This document shows, piece after piece, positions 50,201 through 61,720 of a stretch of DNA of 64,000 nt. The stretch lies in NCBI GenBank assembly GCA_013265495.1, contig MU060547.1, forward strand, positions 9,077,643 through 9,141,642, in the 5' to 3' direction. Below the pieces are notes generated by a model. It searched no databases and had not been told where the DNA came from. It was given only the letters and a program-made list of their open reading frames with translations. The stretch comes from Vicugna vicugna. Its lineage: Eukaryota. Numbering within the stretch: position 1 is the first letter of the stretch; every line of letters begins with the position of its first letter. Position numbers and translations under genes: made by a program.

Positions 50201-53200
50201 CTGGGTGTGAGGGTTTGGGTTTTTTGTTTGTTCGTTCGTTTGTTTCAATTATGCAGTATTGAACTTTTTTCCACCATTAGCTAATATTATTTGTGGGTTG
50301 TGGGGCAAAAAGTATCCTCCCAGACCTTTAGGTAATGGGCTTTCTGAATGAGAAGTTTTCTGCACATCATTGCTGAAGCATTCTCTTTAAAAAAATTTTT
50401 TGTCATTTAAAAAATTTTTATTTTTTTAAGGATTCTCTTGTAAGTTGCCAATATATTTATTGCGAATAATAATGTGCAGTCACATTATAAGCTGTAAAGC
50501 ATATAAAAACAATTTATTATTGAGGAAATATAACAAAGATCACTAGTCTTTAGAAATTGCATTTTAAGACAAAATATATTTACTTAACATAATTTTAGGC
50601 TATATGGCTAAGTACTTTGTATGTTTTATAGACAGTAACTGCAGGAACATATAGGAAGGAGGTGCCGTGTGGGTTGGAGAGGTTGGTCTGTGTCTGGAAG
50701 GATAGGGAGTCGGCTAGGGGAGGAGTAGGAGTGAATAGGGGAATCAAAATGAGGGTGGCTGAGTGAGCAAAAAGCTCAGGCAAGTACATAGAGCTTCTTT
50801 GAGAGACAGTGAGTAGGCCAGCCAGAGCACAAGGCTTGTGACTGAGAGCCTTTGAGCCCGTGCATGAGAGTGGGGAGCAGTCCCTGGAATGGGACTGGAT
50901 TGTGCAGTTGGCACACACTGCTGTGCATAGTTCAAATTACTCCTGACACTGCAGGGACCTTTTCAGGGTTTGGGGATGGGGAAGTGACATGATGTTAGGA
51001 CGATTAAATATTTAACAGTGAAACCTTCTGTTGGTACTGTCTTGATAAGAGATCTTTTTACAGCCTCTGGTACTTCCCTTGTTTTTAAACTGAGTATACT
51101 GTCCATAATTTAACTTTGGATTATTCAAGGTCATTAAGAGTGAAGGTTAACAGACAGAATTTTGCTCTGCTGGGGCCCAAAGAGCTGTATTTAGGGATAT
51201 TTGCCTCTGCTGTAAACAGTCCCAGACTATAGTTTGTCTCCTCGTGATATTTGTTATCTTCTACTTCATTATAAATGTTACATTTTCATTATACACTGAA
51301 TTCCAGAGAATGTCATATCACAGTTGAATTTTACAAATTCACCAGAATGGAGACTTTTAGGGGAGTATTCTCTTTCTTGCATCTGTGCACATGCATATAT
51401 ATATAATGTATTTTTTAAGTTAATTTATACTTTCATATAGTCATTTTTTTGCATATTATGTTTTTGTACTCTGCCATTTCATTGACAAAACATAAGGGAG
51501 TTTTTTCATGTTATAAACTTTGAGTAAGTGAATTTTTGTGGCTGTGTAATGATCCATTGGGTAGATTTGCTATAGGTTTTTCTTGTTTAACAATTCCTTT
51601 GTTGGACATTTGACTTTTCTCAAATTTGTGCCATAAGGCTTGTAAATTTGCTCTTAGTCTCTAGGTAAATGTCTTTCTACTGTGATAAAAAGTATCACCT
51701 CCCTTTTCCTTACTTGGCCTAATTTCACGTGTAGTTCTAGTCACATCCCCTTCTGCTGAAGCTGTTAGGTGTCTCCATTGCCCACCGGATGAACACACAC
51801 CCTTGGGCTGCGACTGACCAGTCCTCCACATCTGGCCCAGGCAGGTGCTTACAGCCAACCCCTTCTGCTACCATGTTTGATCCCGTGCTCCTGCCAAGGT
51901 GAATTACTTGCTGTTTCTGAGTAACTTCTCTCACCTCTACACAATATTTCTGCCTCTTAATTGGGGTGCCACCTTTCTTCTCCCATTCCTTTGAGGCCTA
52001 AGTCTGACTTCCTGACACTCTCCAATTCGAACTCTTCTGGCCACCTGGAGGTCTTTTACCTTTTCAGCATCATATATACCATTCTTTTTTTAAGAACAGT
52101 AATTGACTTATTTTTGTGCCTACTCGAATGTCTGTGATGGAGCATGCAACTATTTTCTTCAAATGGAGTATCCCCTAAATTGCAAGAAACCCTTCTCACT
52201 GCTTTTGTGGATTATTTTAAGTACTTAAGTCATAAAGAGTGCTTGTTACAGGCAGTGCTGTACATGTAGAATATAGTTTACAAAGTATTTATTGTTCATT
52301 GAAATGCATGTGACAGTACACGTGAAGAAATCAAGAGACAGCTTGACGATATATCTTAATTTCAGCAAGTCAGAGTGATTTATTGTAACTGTGATAGCAA
52401 GATTTCATAGTGCAATAGTACATTTGAGTGGATCTTAATTATGCACTTCTGTATTGATATGTTTAATAGATATGTAACAACATGTCAAGTTGCATAAAGC
52501 TGTCCTGTCCAGTTAAATTGTGTTTGTGTGAGAGAGAGCTAGATCAGTCTGCAGATGACACAGTACGGTGGGAAGCCAAAAGAGATTAAAATTCAGAAAG
52601 ACTTTAGGCTGAAACACAAGTAAAACCAACAAGAAGCAGTTTAAGTGGGAGAAATGTAAATCTAGTTAGGATTTATAGAAATCACGTTGCGTAAGTCCAG
52701 AATATGGGCAGGAATCCGTCTTGGCATTTCTTCATGTGAGAGCCGGTGTGTTAGTTTATCGTAGCCTTATTATGAGTCAGACATGATTTCTCTACTTGAA
52801 AGGTGGGAGTGCAACCTTGGTTTAGAACACATTAATCACACAAAGCCGTCTTCCTTCATTGATAGCCAGTTCTCATTTGAAACTGGTGTTTGATTTGGGG
52901 TATCTTTGTTGTTTTTAAGTGAAACATTGCTTGGCTAGACTCCATTCAATGGAGGAGGGAGTCTGGGATAGTGAGTGGATTGTAAACTGTGTTAGCAACT
53001 TTCCAGGTGTCTCCCTTGCAGTTTTTTGCTGTTCTAGGGGGCAGATCTGAAGCCGTGAGTGGAAATAACCTCACTGTTAGAAAAAATCATCACAATGTCT
53101 GGAGCTACCCAGTAGCAGAATACCTTACCTGAGGGAATGAGCATCTCTTCCCGAAGTTCCTAGCAGAAAGGTTGCTGATTATGTCTGGAACAGTGCAGCA

Positions 53201-56200
53201 GGGTTTTCCAGCACTTGGCGGGGGTTAAAGTAGACAGACACCAAGATCCCTTCCTGTTCAGCAGTTCTGTGGTATCAGGTACTTTACAGTGCTGGGGGTG
53301 CTTGGATAGCTCTGTGCTTTGATCAAATTTTGTCAAGAGGAAGATAGAAAAAGTAGTGGGAAGCAGCTGCTCTTATTATTTTACCATAACAAACTGCTTG
53401 ATCTTTGTCCTCATCTTTCTCTGATGCTTATAAATTTTCACTGGGAGACTGTTGAGTTAGGATAGGAATCAGGATGCCTTCATCACATTTGGATTTGAGA
53501 TGTGTTATCACCTGGCAAATGGTACCGTCATAATATAAATGTAGCTTGTCAGGACTTCAAGTCTGTGGACTCCACACTTAAATTACAAGTCTGTTATTAG
53601 AAAAAAAATTCTATACACTACTAATGTAAGTATAAATTATATGTATGTACTTTCATTGTACTTATAAAGCCTTCACAAAAGGAAACATTAGGATAATACG
53701 AAAAGACATTCTAACATTTTTCTTTCCACATCCCAGTAGATCATCTTTCATTAGAGCCTGGAACATAATGTACCTCACTTTGGAAGTGATTGCTCTTTGG
53801 CATAGAACTTGGGATCTTGCTTTCGCATTTATTTTTAAGCAAAAGAGTTCTAGCAACTTACAGGTGCATAGATCCATGTAGATTAATAAAAGGATATGAA
53901 ATGTGTAAAGGATCCATGCTGTGTATAAAATGTCCAGGGTGTTAGACACAGTACGCCCTTGAAAAAGTAGACTGGTAAAGGGCGTGTGGCAACATTTTTT
54001 AGCACATGTAGTTTGGAGCACGATGCTGGGACTTAAGTCAGGACTAAGAGATTTGCGTTGATGTGCATAAAGATGATCTTTGAAACCATAGAAGTAGGTA
54101 TCTCTAAGGCAGTACATAATCAAAAGCACAGACAGCTGAGAGAAAACTTTGGAAAGCCCTCACTTTTAGAGGCTGGGTAGAGAAGGAGCTGGGAAGAGTA
54201 AGAGGAAGCAGTTGAAAGGGTGGGAGAGGTAGGGGTGGGAGGGGGTGCCAGGGTAACAGGCCTGCAGAAGAGAAGTTTGAATTTGCCCAGAGGCTGGGGA
54301 GCCAGGGCCCTGAACTCCCACTCGTCAGTGAGTGCCTGCTGAGTGCCAGTGTGGATTAAACACGCTCTTAGCAGCAGCAGCCAGCCTCCAAGTGCTTCTC
54401 TGAGCTCAGGGGAGTATGCTTTCAAGAAACTAGGACGAGTGGAAACTGAGTGGCAGGGAAGGAGCAGGTGCAGACCATGGCTGGGAAGGCACGGCAGTGT
54501 CACGTGGCAGATGTGTCCGTCCAGGCCCTCAGGACTTCTCTCCAAGAGACCTAAAGCACTGGTGGCTGGGGAGACCTGTTTGTAATTGGCAGAAAAATTG
54601 CTCACAGTTTAAAAGGTATCATGAGGGCATTTATTTTTTAGACCCGATAAGCTTAATTTATAATTACAATGTTGAGGTAAAATATTTAGAAATGATTAAG
54701 TATGCCGTATTTAAATATAGCATTTTAACCCGTGCTCTTTGGTGTTGCTCAGGGGTGTGTAAAATACACTGACCTTAATTGGTAGCTTGAAAGCAGAGCG
54801 AACTTGAGTCACTCACTGTTGGTTGAACAAGGAGATACGGACCTTGTAGTATCTTTTCTGGCAACGGTTTAAACCCTGAGATCCATTTTATTTATTTAAA
54901 TCAAAAAATATAATAGTGGTTATTGAAAAATTCCTCACAAAGTGGAGTTTCTGGTTTAAAGGTATACACAGAAGCTCTCACACTGGCTGTCCTTTGACAT
55001 AGGTTACAAGGCTGAGTGTCCAACGTCTGCCTGGGGAGGTGGTGGAGGAGCCATTTGGAGGCTCTTGGCAGCACTTTGAGGAGTTTTTTGGGGTTTTTTT
55101 TTTTTTTTTTGATGTGCTTTTGTTAAAGTGTGAAGCTCTGAGGGATGGTGCAGTTGTTCTGGAGTGATGTGGTCTCCAGCTGTGCAAAGCTGGTTATTAA
55201 CTAATGATTGTTTTAAGTACCAAAGTTTGTAGATTGTTTATGAACTAGAATGGATTCAAGGCTATCCCCCACAAGACCACAGCATAGTCACATTTCAGCC
55301 TGCCCTCCCCAGAGGGAAAGAAAACTCAGCCACCTGGTCAAGAATCATATGACCCTAGATAAACCTGTCTGTGTGTCAGATGTGTGAGTGTCCGATGGCG
55401 TGTGCCTTTCATTAGGAGGAAAATATTTGAGAGTCACTGATGAAGAGGAAAAGCGTAGGCTTCTACTTAGCCAAGTAGACCTGGGTTCAAACCCATTACT
55501 GCCATTTAGAATGTGAGTGACTGAGTAGTAAATTCAAGTCACATCCCTGAATCTCATAGTCCTCATGTCTAAAATGGGGATAGCCACCTGCTTTACTGAG
55601 TAGTGAGTTTTTAGCTCTATTCCTGCACCTGATAGAAAGTAAGACACAAAATAAGGCTCTTGTTAGCCATCCAAAAGGTTGCACTCCCTGGAAAAGGTGG
55701 TCGTACCAATGCATTGCTGGACTGGGGCGCCCAGTCTGGATAGGTGTGAGTGTCCCAGACTCTTTCAAATTCAAAATGCCAGTAGTTTTTAACAATTGTT
55801 TGCATTGCCTATAGGCAGAAATTCCTACGACCAGTGGTCAGCCTGCTAACAGAGAGTGCTCCTGAACTAAACTGGGTCTCTGTGGTTTAAAATAGCTTAC
55901 AAGCTTTAACTACAAAGCTCACCAACTCAGGATAAAACCAGATTTTAATTGGCTTGTGTTACTTTAAGGAAATGTCACAGACTCTGGTGTGTGTGAAGAC
56001 TCGCCGTGTGAGGGAGGCCTGCAGCTTCACATCACGGCTCAACTTTCAGCTCCATTTCCGTAAAGAATGTCTGCATGATCATAGAAAATGAAGATAACTA
56101 GTGTTTTCTTACTTGGTTCTTCAAAGTCTGACCACAGGCCAAGAGAATAAATCTACTTGTTGTGGGTGGTTGTGACCCCCATCAGATTCCCGGAGGAGAG

Positions 56201-58309
56201 AAAGGAAAAATACATTTCAGAGAAAATATTTTTAATGCATCAAGACAGTAAAGTGGACTTCCAAATACAGAGATATGGCTCTCATATCCTGATTATTCGT
56301 TAAAGTAACTTAAAATAAAAAGTCCAGTGTCAAACATTTCCACTTTAAGGGTTGAAACTAGTTATTGCCCAATGAACGTGTGTCCAGAGCTGATTTTTGG
56401 CTGTGCCAATTGGTATAGGCCTGCTAGTTACCAAATGAAGTACGTATAGCCAGTTAGGAATAACCACTGGCCTGACTACAAGTGACACCCGCTGCTTCAG
56501 CCACCCTGTCCCTCAGCCCCCCACCCACCACCTCCTGATGCAGCAATGAAAGGGATGGCAACTGGCAGAGAGGGCTTGCTGGACCACGCAGCCGCACTGG
56601 CCCAGGGTCTGGTCTGATGGGCCCACGTCCTGCTCGTTGTTAAATACCATATCTTGAATGTTTGCCCCCATCTGTGGCAGGGTGGCTGAGTGGCACAGCA
56701 GTGGATATTCCAAAGACCTACATTTGGCACATTTTCCCTTAGTACTGAATGCAGGAGTGTGATGTATGATTTAAATGGTCAAATGGAAACCTGCTGTGAC
56801 CACCAAACCTCAGGGGAGCATTGCATGCTTGCCTCAGTCCCCAAACTCCTGTGCTGTCCTGCCTTCCCTCTCTCACTCACACAACGTGTGCACTTTTCTC
56901 ACTGCGGCCTGAGAGGACGCTGTCTGTTTTGTGGTGTCCTTTTATCATTAGGTTTCGTCGTGGTACCTTGAGTCATTTAGTGTCTGTCAGCAGAATACTG
57001 TCAGTGATAGGATCGCTGTCAATCTTGATCTTCCCAAGCTGCTGTTTTTACACTGAGAGCCATTTATTTTTCTTTTAAGGGGAGATAAAATGCAATTCTG
57101 CCCTGTGGTTTTACTGCTTTTGCCAGATGTTTTATTGACCTTTTATTAGTCTCCCAAAGATGTAGCAATCTGTTCCTTTAAATTCTGATCGTTTGGGGGG
57201 CAATGATGTTTCTTGTCATGCGGAATGAAGCAGTATGGTGTGAAAATTGAGAACATGGGCTCTGAACTCACCTGTGTTTGAGTTTCAGCCCTGCCCCCTG
57301 ACTTACCTGTGTGACCTTAGGTAAGTCACCTAGCCAGCCTTCAGTTTCATCATCCATAAAACAGCGATGATAATCAGTAAACTACCTCTTAACTGAGCTA
57401 AAAGTATTAAGTGCTTAGAGCAGAGTATTCAATAAATGTAAGCGAAACACAAGAAGCAACCTAATTATCTGACCCCAGATAAACTGCTTGAATATGTGGT
57501 ATCTGAATGGTTGGAGAGCACCAAGTGACTTTGGGAAAGTTTCAGTAAAATGGAGATAATACCTACCTCCCAGGGTTGTTCTGAGGCTTAAATGAGATAA
57601 TGTGAAAGAACCTATAGGGCAGTTTGCTCAGCAAATGACTGAGTGCCTTTATGGGATACAGGAGTGAACACAGACCATTCTGGTTTTTTGGAGTTTACAC
57701 AAAGCAGGACTAAATAAATACGGACTTTCAATCAGAGAAGGCAAAAACACACCACATATACAAGTTATAAAATCGCATATGGCGTTCCCTCCTGAAGAGA
57801 GCGGGTTTTATTCCCCACAGCACTAATGACGCTTGCTAGTCACCAGCAGCTGCAAAGGTCATGTCACGAGTACCAAAGCCAGGGGCAGGAGCTGGTGACC
57901 TAAGTCTCCTGAGCATGAACAGGAGGCTGCCTTTCTGGCGCGTGGACTTGAATTGTGCCAGAACTGATCGTGTCTGCGAGCGGTGACCCACTCTGCTCAC
58001 TCCTGTGGGGACACGGGCACAGAGAACTTGACTGTATCTCTAGTGATCTGGAGCCCTGGGTGGTAAACCAAGGCTCCGGGGCCCAGGTGGTGGTTTAGAA
58101 TCGCTTCTAGTTGAAGGTCAGGCCTACCTGGAAGGGGCGTGGGAAGCAAACAGGTGGTTTTAAACATAGTGGCAAATAAGAGTTTGTTTTTCGGAACCAT
58201 GGTTTATAGTATCAGTATTTCAAGGTTCTAAAGGGGCTCCCTGGACACTGATGCCAAAACAGGGTTGGAAGTTTAAGGGATTAGAGGGGGAGCCTGTGAA
58301 GAATAAAAA

Positions 58310-58700
58310 GGGGGAGAGCGGGAATCGGCCATGAACGCCTCCAGGCCGCGACGCAGTTCTCACCCCTGTGAAGGGAGAAAGGTGAGGAGGGAGGAATTGG
58401 GTAGAAAAACAGATCGCAGTGCAGTCCTGAGCAAGCTTCTGCCAGACCGATGGGGTGCCCCCCACAGTTGCCCAGGCGAGGAATCCTGTGCAGGGCAGGG
58501 CGGGCCGGCGCTCCGCCCTCTTGTGCCGTCGGGCAGCCTGGGCAGCACTGGAGGCCGTGGCCTCGGCATCAAACAGCAGTGGATCCAACAAAGGGGCGGC
58601 AGTTTTGGGGCTGCCTCCTCGCAACGGCCAGCGCTCGCCCTGTGGCCCTGTGCAGACCGGGGAACACATGCTCGTCAGAGATGCCGTAACTTCACTGAGA
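58310..58700. promoter_or_regulatory. Small orphan CpG-rich island (enhancer or promoter candidate)
   Basis: About 25 CpGs in ~390 bp by eye, GC box GGGCGGG near 58498, no recognisable repeat. Confidence 0.5.
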
Positions 58701-61239
58701 AGACTTTAAGGTGGAATTTGAGAAGGTGGGAAAATTGCTCAGGCAAAACTATAGCCCTTGGTTATTCATCAGAAAATGTGTGACAGCAATTGAAGAATCC
58801 CTTAATTTACATGGAAAAAAATGGGAAAATCTGGTTTCAAGTTAGATTATATAAAGTAAGGGGAACTCGAGATGTTAACACCTGGAAGAAATCAGTGTTT
58901 CCCAGATGCCCCCAAAACAGAGGGCTCAGGCTGGACTATGGAAGCCCTGAAATGTGGGGTGGTAGAGGGGCAGTAAATGCCCCCAAATGGTAAAAGTGCA
59001 CAGAAAGCCAGAAGCCCGCATGCAGAAGCATGACGAAGAGTATTGGGTGGAGGTGGAAGGGGAGAGGGTCAGAAGTGATTTCGCCAAGGGGGCCATGTAC
59101 ACCTTAGGGACCACAGGCCATTACCAGCACCTGGAGGCCATGTTTCCTAATCCCGACTCCAAAGAAGGGCAAGATGTAAAGATTAGAATGCATTTCAGCT
59201 CTTTGAGGCTTTACAAGAACATCCACTTGACCAAAATTGCCTTTGCTAAATTTTGGCCAGGTTGTCAGTTTCATCTTTGAGAAGATACAAGAAAAACGAG
59301 GGTCAGCTCTCTAGATTTACTTCTCCCAAAGAAGGGAGAGAACCACTGCTGTTTACCCATGTTAGAAAAGTCTAGCAATCTTTTAAAGGCTCTATTCTAC
59401 ACAATACTTGTTTCTTTTCATCAACAAACAACTCCTTTCTATGTCTTCTCCATCAAAAATAGTGCTCTCAAAATTAGAAAGGATGAAACAAACACAGTTT
59501 AAGAGACAGCACTCCATGTAAGCAGCTGTACAAAATATATTTGTCTCTTGGCCCTGAAAACTTGCTTTCAGGGCACTTGCAGATGTAACTGAGTAACCTT
59601 AAGCTCTTACAGCTCACGAGAAACGAGAGTGGCCCGAAGACGGGAATCAAGAACACGGCCACCCGGTTGTCCAAAAGGTGACTCATGTACAGTGCAAGCC
59701 AGTAAGTTTGAATCTGTTTCCTGGAAAAATTGTAGAGTTTAGTTAAAAAGACAATTCATGAAACTTTAAACCAGAATCAGTTAAGGAAGGGTAGACTGAA
59801 TGGAATCTATTGGGGTAAATCAGGGGGTGCTGGTGATGGAGGTTATCCCTACCTCTGACAAGATTACTCAGAGCACCCTCATGCACCACGATGGGGAAGT
59901 GTAGACCGAGTTACTATGCAGTTTGTGTGAATTTACAGCTGCTTGAATGACCATATCCAAAAGCATCTATAGTCTTCTTCCTACTTCTAAGATTCTTTGA
60001 AAGCTGTAGTTGTTAAACTCTTGACTATGGAAACGGATTTTAATGTAAAGAACATTGTCCAAAGTGATGTTCTACTCTAACCCCAGAACATATAGAGGGT
60101 GGGAGGCTTAATCCAACACAGATTCTTCCATATCGCTCCTTTCTAAAACCGCTCCCTCTCCCTGAAACACTGTAAAATAATACATAACAGACATGGCTTA
60201 GGCTTACTGGTGTCTTAGTCCAACCTCAGCTGTTGTTTTCAGCTTTAACTTTGGTGACTCACTTGTGCTCAGTTCTTATCCAGATAACTGGAGAGCCGTT
60301 TTCGCACAGCCGAGCTGATTTCTAATCCCCTGTGGATGTCCAAGGCCCAGCCTGCTGCCGTGCGTGTGCGTCCGCGTTCTCTGTCTCTGCGCAGGCTTAC
60401 CACCTTGTGATGGAGCGGACAGGCTCTGAGCACATTCTGCAGACAAGGCTGAAGACTGCATTTTGGAGATGTTTGCTTCCCAATCTCCTATGAACAACCC
60501 CGTTTGTATCTCTGCTACGTAGCCCAGTTTTCCAATCACGTGAGTTTGCTGGAATATTTTTAGAGAAATCTAGATATATTAAAGAGCTGCTGTGTCCTTT
60601 AAAAATGTCTTTATCCCAGATGTAGACAAGATGAAATGAATTCTCTGAATATACATTGTCAGAGTTAGAAGGTGAAGTTGAGTCAAGAAGGTGCAATTGT
60701 TAGACTGTTGGTTCAGCTGCATCTGACAGAGACCTCCAGGATCAATGGCTTACTGCATATGGAGGTTCGTTGCTCTCTTACTAACAGTCTGAAGGTTGAC
60801 TCCCTAGGACTCTGGTGGTGTCAGGGACACCAGGCTCCCCTCATCTTATTTCTTTGCCATCCCTAGGGGCTGGTCCTCCCCTACACAGTCCAGTGGGCCA
60901 CATCCTTGGCTCAGGCAGGAGAGAGAGGCAGGGCACGCCCCTCCCCAGAAGATGCACCCAGTACATCTGCACGCACACGCCAGCCACAGGGAAAGCTGGG
61001 AAATGTTGGCTTTATTTTGGGCAATCAGTAAAAACAGATTCTATTAAGAGGGAGAGAGAGAACAGATATTGGAGAACAACAAGTAGTCTCTCCAGCATAT
61101 TCCTGGAAAATAGAACATTTCAGAAGAGGGAGTGGGCGGGCCAGGGAGGGAGAAATCATTACCTCATCCAAAGAATGACATCTGGCTTAAAGGAACGAAG
61201 TCACCCTCAGAAAGGCTGTGCTCCCCCTGGTTTTCCTTT

Positions 61240-61720
61240 AGAGGGCGTCGGTCGAGCTGAGGGCACACCCCCTGTCACAGAAGCCCTTCCTCCTGGGGAC
61301 TCGGGGCCCCAGCTGTGAGGTGGCCTTGCAGTCACTTACCCGCCCCCAGTGCGGCGACCCACAGCCTCCTTAGGGACCTCGCCAGGACCGCAGACGGGAC
61401 TCTAGGCTGGAAGGATGGTCAGAAACTGGAAGGAGGAGATTCCACCCACCCCGCCCCCAACTCCCGGCAGCAAAGCTAATTAAAAGAAGAAACCGGGTTT
61501 CCACACGCGCCCCTTCATTGTGCGCACCTTCTGCCTTCTTGTCACCAGACCGTTTTCAATCCATCCCTGCACGTTTTGCTTCTGCCTTTAGATTTAGCAC
61601 ATCCTTTCCTCGGTGCTCCTCCCTTTCTTCCTCTAGCTGCTTAAAACCATCTTCTCGAGCAGTTGACAGACCCACGTACACTCCCCTCCCCCCTCCCCGC
61701 CTGCTTTTTTAAACAAAAAG
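61240..61720 (-). promoter_or_regulatory. CpG-rich promoter-like patch with a consensus 5' splice site on the - strand
   Basis: About 20 CpGs by eye, GC boxes CCCGCCCC at ~61339 and ~61449, and - strand CGG|GTAAGT (GT at 61339-61338). Confidence 0.45.

Noticed and set aside
52038-52051. Reverse CTCF-like motif CCTCCAGGTGGCCA
   Set aside because: Two mismatches, including C at the purine position 13; too weak without ChIP data.
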